This document shows positions 51,679 to 61,875 of a stretch of 64,000 bases of DNA, piece by piece. Made by a program: the position numbers and the translations under genes. Source of the DNA: an uncultured bacterium (GTDB taxonomy: Bacteria > Patescibacteriota > Minisyncoccia > UBA6257 > 2-01-FULL-56-20). Below the pieces are notes generated by a model that was not told where the DNA came from, made no database searches, and worked only from the letters and a program-made list of their open reading frames with translations. Position 1 is the first letter of the stretch, and every line of letters starts with the position of its first letter. The DNA lies in assembly GCA_963768625.1 (NCBI GenBank), contig CAVYIK010000003.1, forward strand, positions 326,715 through 390,714, read 5' to 3'.

Positions 51679-52779
51679 ATGCCTCAAATAGAAGAAAAGA
51701 ACGCCGACGCGGCGATGATTGCCCAGATCCTGAAGACGGAGCTCTCGTCCGCCGACTGGCCTAAAGAAGGGAGCGTCATTGAAGTGTCGCTCATGAAAAA
51801 ACTTCCCCGCAAGGCCTATTTTGATGTTGGCCGTTTCGGCACGGGCATCGTCTACGGGACCGAACTGCAGAACGCGAAGGAAGCGGTCCGCAAACTGAGC
51901 CCGGGCGACAAGCTCCAGGCGAAGATCGTAGCACTCGACGGCGAAGAGGGGTGTATTGAGCTTTCGCTCTCCGAGGCCGGGAAACAAAAGCTTTGGCAGC
52001 AGGCGAAGGAGCTCGCAGAAGCGGGCGAGGTGGTAAAAGCGAAGATCATGGGCGCGAACGCGGGCGGGCTTATGGCCTCGATCTCCGAAGAGCTCAAGGC
52101 CTTCCTCCCCGTTTCCCAGCTTTCCCTTGAACATTATCCGAAGGTACCGGATGGCGACCGCGTGAAGATCGCGGACGAACTCAAGAAATTCATCGGTGAA
52201 GAACTTTCGGTGAAGATCATTGACGTGAACCCGCGCACCGCGAAGATCATTGTCTCCGAGCGGGAGGTGCTCTCCGCGAACGTGAAGGAGCTCCTGAACG
52301 CCTACACGCTGGGCCAAGTAGTTGACTGTATCGTCTCCGGCGTCGCCGATTTCGGCGTCTTCGTCCGCTTCACCGACAACCCCCAGATCGAAGGCATGAT
52401 CCACATTTCCGAGCTGGACTATAAACTGATCGACAACCCGAAGGACCTCGTAAAGGTGAACGACGAGCTCAAAGCGAAGATCGTGGACATAAAGGGAGGC
52501 CGCGTGTTCCTGTCCCTGAAGGCGCTCAAGGAAGATCCGTGGGCAAATCTCGGCGACCGCTTCAAGCCCGGCGAAACCGTCCAGGGCCGCGTATACAAGT
52601 TCAATCCGTTCGGCGCCATCATCGCGCTTGAGGGTGATTTCCAAGGCGTGGTGCACATCTCCGAGTTCGGCGGGCAAACCGAAATGAAGAAAGCGCTCAT
52701 CGTCGGCGAGACGTATCCCTTCGTCATCGACTCCGTGAAGCTGGAGGAAAAGAGAATAATGCTGAAGGTGAAGAGATAG
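51679..52779 (+). CDS. rpsA: 30S ribosomal protein S1 (four S1 domains)
   Basis: Four repeats of the S1 OB-fold pattern (G.V..V....a.V.l..g..G.ihiSE). Confidence 0.85.
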   Translation: MPQIEEKNADAAMIAQILKTELSSADWPKEGSVIEVSLMKKLPRKAYFDVGRFGTGIVYGTELQNAKEAVRKLSPGDKLQAKIVALDGEEGCIELSLSEAGKQKLWQQAKELAEAGEVVKAKIMGANAGGLMASISEELKAFLPVSQLSLEHYPKVPDGDRVKIADELKKFIGEELSVKIIDVNPRTAKIIVSEREVLSANVKELLNAYTLGQVVDCIVSGVADFGVFVRFTDNPQIEGMIHISELDYKLIDNPKDLVKVNDELKAKIVDIKGGRVFLSLKALKEDPWANLGDRFKPGETVQGRVYKFNPFGAIIALEGDFQGVVHISEFGGQTEMKKALIVGETYPFVIDSVKLEEKRIMLKVKR

Positions 52780-52793
52780 GCCCCGCGCGTATC

Positions 52794-52826
52794 AAAAAAT
52801 CCGCCGGTGGCGGATTTTTTGTTTTG
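52794..52826. terminator. bidirectional terminator between rpsA and tRNA-Phe
   Basis: aaaaaatccgcc-ggt-ggcggatttttt. Confidence 0.7.
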
Positions 52827-53104
52827 TGCCGCGGGGGTGAATCGAACACCCGACGCCAGCCTCTTCCGAAGCTGAATTTGGACTATATCATCTTCCTGAC
52901 TCCAGGAAGCCGGGCGCTTGTGCGAGATTATTGTTGGGACTCACTCGCTAGTCTCTACGCCTTCTTCGCAACCTTAAGCCCTGCGAAGCTTGGTTCGGGA
53001 TTGTCCAAAAGGAGTTCCCCCGAGTTCACCCAGTTATTCAATCCGCATTGCTGCGGAAGGCCCCGAAGATCCAGGGCTGCGCTCTGCCACTGAGCTACCG
53101 CGGC
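52827..53104 (-). tRNA. tRNA-Phe (anticodon GAA) interrupted by a 206-nt intron in the anticodon loop
   Basis: Exon 1, 53104..53073: gccgcgg-ta-gctc-agtggca-gagc-g-cagcc-ct. Exon 2, 52866..52827: GAAga-ggctg-gcgtc-gggtg-ttcgatt-caccc-ccgcggc-a. The joined exons give a canonical cloverleaf with loop cuGAAga. Confidence 0.8.
52867..53072 (-). ncRNA. group I intron (IC3-like, tRNA type)
   Basis: P1: exon gcccU pairs with intron ggggc, with a U.G wobble at the splice site. P10: intron ucuuc pairs with exon 2 gaaga. The intron ends in G. Core strings ccaagcttcg, gtagagactag and atatagtcc resemble the Azoarcus and Anabaena tRNA introns as I recall them. Confidence 0.75.
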
Positions 53105-53106
53105 AT

Positions 53107-53805
53107 TCAAACTTTCCCCTTTATGCCCTCAATCCACCCCATAATTCTATGAAACAGATTGGTGTTATTTATTCTAATCTGCACGATTCCATAAGGCAAG
53201 CGATTAAACGGCTTTTTGCCCATACTAGACTTACTGATGCCGAGATATGTTTTCGTAAAGTTTCCTCTGGGAATTTGAAGTGTTTCGCTCCAATATTTTA
53301 AAACACTTTCCTCGTTAAGATGTTGGAAGATTCTCACTCCTACCTTTATTTTTCCTCGGTCCACTCCGCATATCTCAACCAAAAACTTTATAAACATTTT
53401 TAAAAGTTGCGGATCTGCGTTCGTGAGAGAGACGGGGTGATTGGTCACCTCCACCCCATTCTTTCTCTTAGCTCTTTTATATCCTTCTGCCCAATACAGC
53501 GAAGCTCCTATGAGCAATAATTCCTCTTTCGAAATATTCACTATTTGATTTTTCGCCTCCGTTTGAATATCGAATTTGCGCCGTACCGCAAGGATTGTCT
53601 GACGTTTATTTCTCTTAAGCAGCCCAGCCAATGATCTTTCTCGGGTCCGGCTCGTCAAAACCCCTCTCGCAGCATCAGAAAGAACCACGTTCTTCAACCA
53701 TGACGAGAGGGTAGATTTTGGTATCCCGCCAAGGGAGTTTCGGATTTCCGAATAACTTCTTCCGGTGAGACGTAGGCGAATAGCTGCTTGTTTGTCGCTC
53801 CGCAT
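53107..53805 (-). CDS. AT-rich ORF: N-terminal HTH plus LAGLIDADG-like homing-endonuclease-like domain
   Basis: N-terminal resolvase-type HTH (GRSYSEIRNSLGGIPKSTLSSWLK). LLLIGASLYWAEGYK resembles a LAGLIDADG motif, followed by a beta-sheet-like region. Ends 3 nt from the tRNA-Phe 5' end. Confidence 0.45.
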   Translation of the reverse strand: MRSDKQAAIRLRLTGRSYSEIRNSLGGIPKSTLSSWLKNVVLSDAARGVLTSRTRERSLAGLLKRNKRQTILAVRRKFDIQTEAKNQIVNISKEELLLIGASLYWAEGYKRAKRKNGVEVTNHPVSLTNADPQLLKMFIKFLVEICGVDRGKIKVGVRIFQHLNEESVLKYWSETLQIPRGNFTKTYLGISKSSMGKKPFNRLPYGIVQIRINNTNLFHRIMGWIEGIKGKV

Positions 53806-53857
53806 GCACCAAGAATAACCAATCGACCATTAAAAAATTATTAAACGAACCTTGACG

Positions 53858-53928
53858 TCGGGCCGCTGGGAATTGAACCCAGTCTACCTGCTCCCAAAGC
53901 AGGCGTACTGCCGGTATACGACGGCCCG
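53858..53928 (-). tRNA. tRNA-Pro (anticodon UGG)
   Basis: Acceptor cgggccg/cggcccg, anticodon stem cctgc/gcagg, loop ttTGGga, T arm ctggg-ttcaatt-cccag. Confidence 0.85.
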
Positions 53929-53986
53929 CAATGCCTCTTTAAACTATCTTATTTCTCATGTAGAATCAATGCGACGAAGCCAGTAG

Positions 53987-54058
53987 GCCCTCGTAGTTCA
54001 ATGGATAGAACGCCAGACTTCTAAGCTGGTTATGGGGGTTCGATTCCCTCCGAGGGCG
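53987..54058 (+). tRNA. tRNA-Arg (anticodon UCU)
   Basis: Acceptor gccctcg/cgagggc, anticodon loop ctTCTaa, T arm ggggg-ttcgatt-ccctc. Confidence 0.85.
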
Positions 54059-54073
54059 CCGACAGCGAAAGAA

Positions 54074-54148
54074 GCGCGCTTAGCTCAGTGGTAGAGCGAC
54101 TCGTTTACACCGAGTAGGTCCGAGGTTCGATCCCTCGAGCGCGCACCA
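54074..54148 (+). tRNA. tRNA-Val (anticodon UAC), CCA encoded
   Basis: Acceptor gcgcgct/agcgcgc, anticodon stem actcg/cgagt, loop ttTACac, T arm cgagg-ttcgatc-cctcg, 3' acca. Confidence 0.9.
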
Positions 54149-54162
54149 GAAGATTTTTGCCC

Positions 54163-54191
54163 TTGACAAGAAGGTCGTTTTTTGCTAAACT
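54163..54191 (+). promoter_or_regulatory. sigma-70-like promoter for the DGR target gene
   Basis: TTGACA (54163..54168), 17-nt spacer, TAAACT (54186..54191). Confidence 0.5.
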
Positions 54192-54303
54192 ATTAGCGTT
54201 CTTTCACAATCGTGAATTACAAGGTTTCAGGGACTATGAAGCGAGTATTTAGCGGATTGCATTGTCCATTAAACACTCGCCTCATAGAGAGCGGGTAGAA
54301 AGG

Positions 54304-55311
54304 ATGGCTCCGATGTCAAAAACATTGGCTCCGTCTCAAAACGTTACCCACCGGGACCCAAAAGGTCTCAAATTTATGTCTATCGTGGAAGCCGCCTACA
54401 ACAAGGCCGGCCTTTCCGAGGATGAAGCCCAGCACGTAAACGATACGCCGGGCCTCGCTGATCTGCTGGGTAACTTCATCGCCGAGAACCGTCTTGCCGA
54501 CCAGTTCAAGGGCGAGGAAGTCCCTTCCGCCTACACGTACCCGAAGGAATACAGGGGGCCGAAGCCAATCGAGGAACAGATTGAGGCGCTTGCCGCGATA
54601 TTCAACCTCAACCCGGCCTCCGCGCTCGAATACGCAAAGCATTTGCCGGCGCTCGACTCGTTTGTTCCGGCGGATGCTCTTAAATGGACTGGGTGGTTCG
54701 CCATTCCGTCCCCCGTCGCGCTCGCCAAGAAGCATTTCCCCGAAGCGACCGAACCGGCGGAGCAATACTGCCGGGCGATCCAACTCATTCACAAGAAGAT
54801 CGCGGCCTCGCGCCCGTTCTACAACTACCGCGAGGGCGAGATCGCGCCGAATCAGCTTCGGCTTCACGCTCGCACCGCCCACGCGCTCGATGTCATCGCC
54901 GAAATGCAGAATGGAGGCGACATCCTGATCGTGGCGGCCCAGCTCGGTATGCGGCATCGCGGCCGCTCGGTTCGCCGGGCACGCGAAGTGTTCGTCGCAA
55001 ACGAGTTCGGCCTCGGTTCACTCGCGGTCGGTTCCGTCGTCCTCACTCATCCCGAACGGCTTGTTCGTTGGGAAGAGCTGGACATGGACTGCGCCGGGGA
55101 CGAATTTAGTCCGAGCGCGGGCGGCCGGTTCGTGGGGGCGCCGGTCTTCCGCTTCCGCGACGACGAGGTGAGGTTCCGCACCTACGATGCGGGCCGCGCC
55201 TCGAGGACTGTGGCTCCGTGTCGGGCTTTCTCCCGCAGTAATCGCTCCTTGAAACCTCGGTTGCTTGGGTCTTTTGATTCTTCATATCTTGATCCCTTGC
55301 ATTCGCGCTAA
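54304..55311 (+). CDS. DGR variable (target) protein with the VR at its C-terminus
   Basis: ATG 54304 follows gtagaaagg. The C-terminal 128 nt is the VR. As written the frame runs on to 55311, but the TR-matched frame would end ...GSVSGFLPQ at TAA 55239..55241. Confidence 0.8.
   Translation: MAPMSKTLAPSQNVTHRDPKGLKFMSIVEAAYNKAGLSEDEAQHVNDTPGLADLLGNFIAENRLADQFKGEEVPSAYTYPKEYRGPKPIEEQIEALAAIFNLNPASALEYAKHLPALDSFVPADALKWTGWFAIPSPVALAKKHFPEATEPAEQYCRAIQLIHKKIAASRPFYNYREGEIAPNQLRLHARTAHALDVIAEMQNGGDILIVAAQLGMRHRGRSVRRAREVFVANEFGLGSLAVGSVVLTHPERLVRWEELDMDCAGDEFSPSAGGRFVGAPVFRFRDDEVRFRTYDAGRASRTVAPCRAFSRSNRSLKPRLLGSFDSSYLDPLHSR
55108..55235 (+). repeat. DGR variable repeat (VR)
   Basis: Aligns base-for-base with TR 55643..55771. 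There are 21 substitutions plus a 1-nt gap, all opposite TR adenines. The last 24 nt (ggctccgtgtcgggctttctcccg, no A) are identical. Confidence 0.9.
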
Positions 55312-55319
55312 TTTTTACA

Positions 55320-55360
55320 GGGCTGTCCACAACTCATCGCGGATGGCCCTTTTCTTTTTC
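55320..55360 (+). terminator. putative terminator after the target gene
   Basis: gggctgtcc / ggatggccc, a 9-bp stem including two G.U pairs, followed by ttttctttttc. Confidence 0.45.
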
Positions 55361-55375
55361 CATAAACAAGAATTT

Positions 55376-55384
55376 TGATATAAT
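55376..55384 (+). promoter_or_regulatory. extended -10 element (TGaTATAAT) upstream of the TR
   Basis: tgatataat with a weak -35. Would start a TR-containing transcript about 250 nt upstream of the TR. Confidence 0.35.
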
Positions 55385-55642
55385 TTCTTTGAGCATAGGC
55401 CAATGCGCGGCCGTCTACGGATTGCCGTCGCCGAACTCTCTCTTCAAAAAGAGAAGCCGGAATCCGGGCAATCACGGTTTCCCGGAGCGTGCTGTCTTGG
55501 GGAGATTACTGCTTGCCCCTGCCTCGCGCGGGTGTTTCATCTCGAAACTGCCGCCGGATAAAATTCAGGGATGAAAGGATATACCTGGCTCCCTTTGAGC
55601 GGAAAACCTCGAATCCCGGTGACGCGAATGGGCGAGGGCAAT

Positions 55643-55771
55643 AGTCCGAACGCGGACGGCCAGTTCGTGAAGGCGCCAATCTTCAACTTCAACGACGACA
55701 AGGTGAAGTTCAACACCAACGATGCGGGCAACGCCAACGAGAACTATGGCTCCGTGTCGGGCTTTCTCCCG
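55643..55771 (+). repeat. DGR template repeat (TR)
   Basis: Adenine- and AAC-rich copy of the VR (reads SPNADGQFVKAPIFNFNDDKVKFNTNDAGNANENYGSVSGFLP in the VR frame). Confidence 0.9.
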
Positions 55772-55788
55772 AAGTCGCTTCCCAAGAG

Positions 55789-55823
55789 ATGCGATGCCCC
55801 CGATATGGCAGGGGGCATCGCAT
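55789..55823. other. 13-bp perfect GC-rich hairpin just 3' of the TR, touching the avd stop codon
   Basis: atgcgatgccccc-gatatggca-gggggcatcgcat. Confidence 0.85.
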
Positions 55824-56176
55824 TATTGCCGAGTTGACCGTATCCATCCCCCAAGCATCCTGCCGATTTCGTCGATTGCCGCTTGGAGTGCAAGATATTT
55901 CTTCGCGTCAATCGCCCGCGTTTCCTTCATCAACCGGATGAAGACGCGCAGGAGATTGAGCTTCGCGCTCGCCCGTTCGAGCGTCGCCGGTTTTTCCTTA
56001 TCGGTTTTTGACAGCTTGCTCGCCACGAGGATGTTTTCGAGGACATCGAGTATCAGCGATTCGCAACGCTCATAAATCGCGTAGCGGTCCTGTTTCGGAA
56101 TGAGGTTTCGGTAGCCGTAAAACGTCTTGTAGAGATCGTAGGTCTGCTTGAAAATTGGGACGTCAAAATCGTCCAT
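55823..56176 (-). CDS. avd: DGR accessory variability determinant (Avd, four-helix-bundle family)
   Basis: 117 aa, helical. The C-terminal IDEIGRMLGGWIRS and the KQDRY...ERCESL pattern match bAvd / four-helix-bundle (23S IVS protein) family members as I recall them. Confidence 0.75.
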   Translation of the reverse strand: MDDFDVPIFKQTYDLYKTFYGYRNLIPKQDRYAIYERCESLILDVLENILVASKLSKTDKEKPATLERASAKLNLLRVFIRLMKETRAIDAKKYLALQAAIDEIGRMLGGWIRSTRQ

Positions 56177-56188
56177 ATATTTATTTCA

Positions 56189-57312
<1,124 letters not shown>

Positions 57313-57393
57313 ATAAAAAAATCACTGATCCTCCGAAGGGAGGTGATCCTTCTCTTGGGGGTGCGTAAGGACCTCCTCGCGTTTCAGGCCATT

Positions 57394-57428
57394 GCGGGCG
57401 GATGTCGTGTGTCCGCCCGCGTTTTATT
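57394..57428 (+). terminator. rho-independent terminator after the RT
   Basis: gcgggcgga-tgtcgtgtg-tccgcccgc followed by gttttatt. Confidence 0.7.
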
Positions 57429-57467
57429 CCATCATTCAAACGTTCACGCACCATAGCCAAAGAAGTC

Positions 57468-57517
57468 GCTAGGCAAGGCAAAAGAGCTCTGGAAGGAGCC
57501 CTTTTGCCTTGCCTAGC
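57468..57517. repeat. long hairpin H3 (22-bp stem with one mismatch, loop tggaag)
   Basis: gctaggcaaggcaaaagagctc / gagcccttttgccttgcctagc. Overlaps the folD stop codon. The apex resembles H1 and H2. Confidence 0.85.
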
Positions 57518-58336
57518 CCTTACTGGAGTTGAGTGAATAGAAGTTCTCAAACAGCTTCGCGACGAGCACCGGCCCGGTGCCGCCCGGGGTCTTCGTATAA
57601 TGAACGTTCTTCGCGTCGGCGCCCGCGGGATCAAAATCGCCCGCGATCTTCCCGTTCGCGCCGCGGCTGAACCCAAAATCTATCACCGTCGCCCCTTCCT
57701 TTAGGTGCTCCTCGCCGAAGAGCCCCGGGTGCCCGGCGCCGCTTATCACGATGTCTGCCTCGTCAAGCTTTTTATGCAACTCCTTCACCTCGGCATCAAG
57801 CACGACGAGCTCCGCTACTTTGTTCTGCAACCAGAAACCGACCGGCTTCCCGATCAAAAATCCTGCGCCCACCATGACCACTTTCAGTTCGCGCAGGTTG
57901 CAATGCTCCAATTTCAAGATTTCCTCTACGGTGCCTGCCGACGGCGGGACGACAGCGCTGCGACCAGTATAGAACGCGCCGAGTGCCGTCTCGCTTAAAA
58001 AATCGACGTCCTTTTCCTTCGGGATCGCATTCAGCGCATAATGCCGGTTCACCGTTTCGGGAAGCGGCAACTGGACGATGAACCCGCCGCAGTTTTTCGG
58101 CTTGGCAAGGTGCCCGATGTCCTCGCGGAGTTTATCGGTCGTAATGCTGACCGGCAGTTCATAGAGCCGGAACTCAAGGCCGAGTTCCTTCGCCACTTTC
58201 TCCTTTTGTTTGAGGAAGTTGACTGATGCGGGATCGTCGCCCACAAGGACCGCGCCGAAAAAATTCGTCGGGCTTCGGGAGATGCTTTAAGCCGAGAGAG
58301 GATGCCATCCGCGATCTTCCTGCCGTCTATGACCAT
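57513..58336 (-). CDS. folD: bifunctional methylene-THF dehydrogenase/cyclohydrolase FolD, one frame break near the N-terminus
   Basis: ORF 57513..58244 holds the catalytic and NAD(P) domains ([21 protein letters not shown]). The N-terminus [17 protein letters not shown] lies in another frame, starting at 58336. Confidence 0.85.
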
Positions 58337-58337
58337 A

Positions 58338-59589
58338 TTAGTCGATCCCCGGCACCGGGAATCGCAGAGAAAACTCCCTGACTTTTTCCTTGGCCGGCGG
58401 AGAGTTTGCCGGCATCCGAACGATTCATCAAAGTTTCGTCCATCAGGTCGGCCACGGTTTGCATATCGTTTTCCTTGCATCCGCGCGTGGTGAGCGCGGG
58501 CGTACCCAAGCGGACGCCCGAAGGATCGAGTGGCTTTCGCGTGTCAAAGGGGATCATGTTCTTGTTGACGGATATCCCCGCGTTTTCCAGGGCCTTCTCC
58601 GCCTCCTTGCCCGTGATGCCCTTGCTGCCGAAAAGGTCTACGAGCATCAAGTGATTGTCCGTGCCGCCGGAGATCATGCGATAGCCCTTGCCCTGCAAGC
58701 GCTTTTGCAAGCGCCCGGGCATTCTGGATCACCTGCCGCGAATATTCCTTGAATTCCGGCTTCAGTGCTTCGCCGTATGCCACCGCTTTCGCTGCGTTCA
58801 CGTGATCATGCGGCCCTCCCTGCACGCCGGGGAAGACGGCTTTATCTATCGCGGAAGCGAATTTTTCTTTGCACATGATCATTGCGCCGCGCGGCCCGCG
58901 CAGCGTTTTGTGCGTCGTCGTAGATACTACGTCGCACAGGGGAACTGGATTTTCCAATTGTTTGCCGGCGATAAGCCCTGCGATATGGGCGATGTCGGCG
59001 AACAAGAATGCGCCGGCCTTGTCGGCGATCTCGCGGAACCGCTTCCAATCCAATGAACGGGAATAAGCCGAAAAACCAGCGAGAATCATTTTGGGCCGTT
59101 CTCTCACCGCGATGGCCTCCACTTCATCCATATCAATGACCTCGGTCTCCTTCTTCACGAAATACGGAACGATGCTGTAGAGCTTGCCGGAAAAATTCAA
59201 CGGATGCCCGTGGGAAAGATGTCCGCCCTGGTCCAGAGAAAATCCCAGCACTTTATCGCCGGGATTCAAGAGCGCCATATATACCGCAAGGTTGGCTGGC
59301 GACCCCGATAGCGGCTGGACGTTCACGTGCTCGGCACCGAAGAGCTCTTTCGCGCGCGCGATCGCCAAATTTTCTGCCTGGTCAATGATCTCGTTGCCGC
59401 CATAGTAGCGCTTGCCGGGATATCCTTCGCTGTATTTGTTGGTGAGGATGGACCCCATCGCCTCCAAAACGGCCCTCGAAACATAATTTTCGCTCGCGAT
59501 CAATTCTATCCCTTCTTTTGGCGCTGCTCTTCGCGCTTCAGGATCTCGTAGACCTTGGGATCGTTTTTTTGGATGGCGGGATAGTTCAT
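58338..59589 (-). pseudogene. glyA: serine hydroxymethyltransferase GlyA, at least three frame breaks
   Basis: Start [25 protein letters not shown] at 59589. Core in ORF 58544..59767 ([22 protein letters not shown]). C-terminal part in ORF 58327..58722. The natural end ...[21 protein letters not shown] (58340..58338) is in yet another frame. Confidence 0.85.
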
Positions 59590-59624
59590 GCATCCATTGT
59601 ATACCTGTGCTACAATCATTCCAA

Positions 59625-60200
59625 ATGATTCTCTCGGACGGGGACATCAAAAAAGCGCTTGCGTCCGGCCGCATCAAGCTCACGCCCGCGCCGGACTTCG
59701 AGACCCAGCTCGGATCGTGCTCGCTCGATCTGCGCCTCGGCAACGAATTCCAGGTGTTCCGCAACACCGCGACTTCTCATATCGACATACGGCACATGCA
59801 GGAAGCGAAGGAGATGATGGAGAGCGTTACCATCCCCGACGGGAAACCGTTCGTGATCCATCCGAGGGACCTCGTGCTCGCGACGACACTCGAATGGCTT
59901 GAAATGCCGGACGACCTCGTGGGTCGCATTGAAGGGCGCAGTTCGCTTGGCCGCCTTGGCATCATCGTCCACGGCACCGCGTCCGTTTTTGATCCCGGCT
60001 GGAAAGGGAAGCCCGTAATGGAACTCGGCAACCTCGGACCCGTGCCCGTGCTCCTTTATCCCGGCATGCGCGTGTGCGCGTTCACGTTTGAAGAAACCTC
60101 GAGCCCCGTGGAAGTCCCTTATTACTTGAAAAAGGGCGGCAAATACGCCGGACAGAAAAAACCGCTCGCGTCGAAAATGGGACAGGACCTCAAAAAATGA
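59625..60200 (+). CDS. dcd: dCTP deaminase
   Basis: [12 protein letters not shown]...SCSLDLRLG...[14 protein letters not shown]...DPGW.G family pattern. Confidence 0.85.
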   Translation: MILSDGDIKKALASGRIKLTPAPDFETQLGSCSLDLRLGNEFQVFRNTATSHIDIRHMQEAKEMMESVTIPDGKPFVIHPRDLVLATTLEWLEMPDDLVGRIEGRSSLGRLGIIVHGTASVFDPGWKGKPVMELGNLGPVPVLLYPGMRVCAFTFEETSSPVEVPYYLKKGGKYAGQKKPLASKMGQDLKK

Positions 60201-60276
60201 AAAGAGGGGTGGCTATGAGATAGAGATAAAGTGCCTCCTCGGGAACCGCGGGAACGCGGAACGGCTTGAGGCGCGG

Positions 60277-60873
60277 ATGAAGGAGATCGATCCGATATTC
60301 AAGCAGATCGGCGCGCACAGGCAGCTCAACCATTACTTTGAGGGTAAGGGCGATCTGGCATCTGCAGCCGACGTCCTCGCAGACACAGAGGAACGCAATA
60401 TATTCCTTGATCTCGCAAAAAAGGCGAAGGATTTCTCGCTCCGCACGCGCGACGCGGACGGGAAAGTGCTGCTTGTGCTCAAAGCGTCCATTGACGACAC
60501 TACGAGCGCGAACGGCACCGCGCGGCGGGAATTTGAAGGCGCGGTGGCCATGCCTATTGAGAAACTCGATGAAGCGCTCTTAAAAGCGGGGTTTTCCTAT
60601 CAGGCGAAGTGGTCGCGTGAACGGACGGAATACCAATTTTCTGGCGCGAACGTAACGATCGACAAGAACGCCGGCTACGGCTATCTCGCCGAATTCGAAA
60701 TGGTGGAGAGCGACCCCTCGCGCGCTGACGCGACGAAAGCGCGCCTCCGTGCACTCATCAAAGAGGTAGGATTCGAAGAACTTGACCAGGCGCGGCTCGC
60801 GCGAATGTTCGCTTATTACAATGCCAACTGGCGGGATTATTACGGTACTGAAAAAATCTTCGTGGTAGAGTGA
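60277..60873 (+). CDS. CYTH-domain protein (class IV adenylyl cyclase / triphosphatase-like)
   Basis: The in-frame upstream codons read YEIEIKCLL, a CYTH ExExK start, with no in-frame ATG. An ATG at 60197 is one frame off, so the true start is probably near 60197 with another indel. Confidence 0.55.
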   Translation: MKEIDPIFKQIGAHRQLNHYFEGKGDLASAADVLADTEERNIFLDLAKKAKDFSLRTRDADGKVLLVLKASIDDTTSANGTARREFEGAVAMPIEKLDEALLKAGFSYQAKWSRERTEYQFSGANVTIDKNAGYGYLAEFEMVESDPSRADATKARLRALIKEVGFEELDQARLARMFAYYNANWRDYYGTEKIFVVE

Positions 60874-60877
60874 GGGC

Positions 60878-61875
60878 ATGGCGGATACTCGCGCTGACCG
60901 CAGCCATCCCGAATATCAATATTTGGATCTTCTCCGCGACATTTTGGATCACGGCGTAAAGCAGGAGGACAAAGGCACGGGCGACGTGACATACAGCGTT
61001 TTCGGCCGCCAGATGCGCTTTGATCTTACAAAGGGCTTCCCGCTCCTCACGACGAAAAAAGTATACTGGAAAGGCATCCTGCATGAACTCTACTTGGTTC
61101 TTGTCCGGCCAATCCAATATAAAATATTTGGTTGATAATAACGTCCACATTTGGGACGACTATCCCTACCGCATCTACCGGGAAAAAATGGAGAAGGGCG
61201 AACTCCCCGAGCTCACGAAGGAGGAATTTATCGCGAAGATCGCGGCCGACGCCGCGTTCGCGAAAGCAATACGGAGAACTTCCGAATATTTACGGCGAGC
61301 TCTGGCGCCGCTGGCCCGCGAAGAACGGCCGGACGGTGGACCAGGTGCAGTGGGTCGTGAACGACCTAAAAAAAGATCCCGACGCGCACAACGCGCTCGT
61401 GAATTCCTGGAACCCGGAATACCTCTATGAAATGGCCCTGCCGGATGAAGCATGCCGCTTCCCTATCTGCCACAATATGTACCAGTGCAACGTAAAGAAT
61501 GGGCGGCTTTCGCTCCATCTTTACCAACGCTCCGCGGACATTTTCCTTGGCGTTCCTTTCAACATCGCGAGCTACGCGCTCCTCACGATCATTCTTGCGC
61601 GCGCGACGGGCAACGAGCCCGGCGAATTCGTCCACACGTTCGGCGACGTGCATATCTACGAAGGGCACATGGCGGCCGTAAAGGAACAGCTCGCGCGCGA
61701 ACCGAAGCCCTTCCCGACCGTCACGCTTGATCCGTCAGTAAAGACCATCGATGACTTCACGCCGAAGAGCGTGACGCTCGCCGGCTACGATCCGCACCCG
61801 GCGATAAAAGCGAGCATGGCGCCCGTCGGCGGCCTCATTACCGACTCCTGGAAGAAGTTCGTGCAGAAAAAGTAA
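60878..61875 (+). pseudogene. thyA: thymidylate synthase ThyA, two frame breaks
   Basis: Pieces 60878..61135, 61020..61430 and 61132..61875 read in order ...[16 protein letters not shown] / [12 protein letters not shown]...AAFAK / YGELPNIYGELWRRW...CHNMYQC...DVHIYEGH.... Confidence 0.85.

Noticed and set aside
55389-55574. 61-aa ORF between the target gene and the TR.
   Set aside because: No homology or motif, and no RBS. It lies in the probable 5' part of the TR transcript.
55571-55837. 88-aa ORF (MKGYTWLPLSGKPRIPV...NDAGNANENYGSVSGFLPKS...) that looks like a paralog of the target C-terminus.
   Set aside because: It is the DGR template repeat read in the VR frame. It has no RBS or credible start context, and its Asn (AAC) richness is the TR signature, so I annotated it as TR rather than CDS.
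57313-57393. Small hairpin cctcc-gaag-ggagg right after the RT stop, considered as a DGR-associated RNA element.
   Set aside because: Only 5 bp of uninterrupted pairing. The strong terminator at 57394..57428 explains the region, and I have no conservation evidence.
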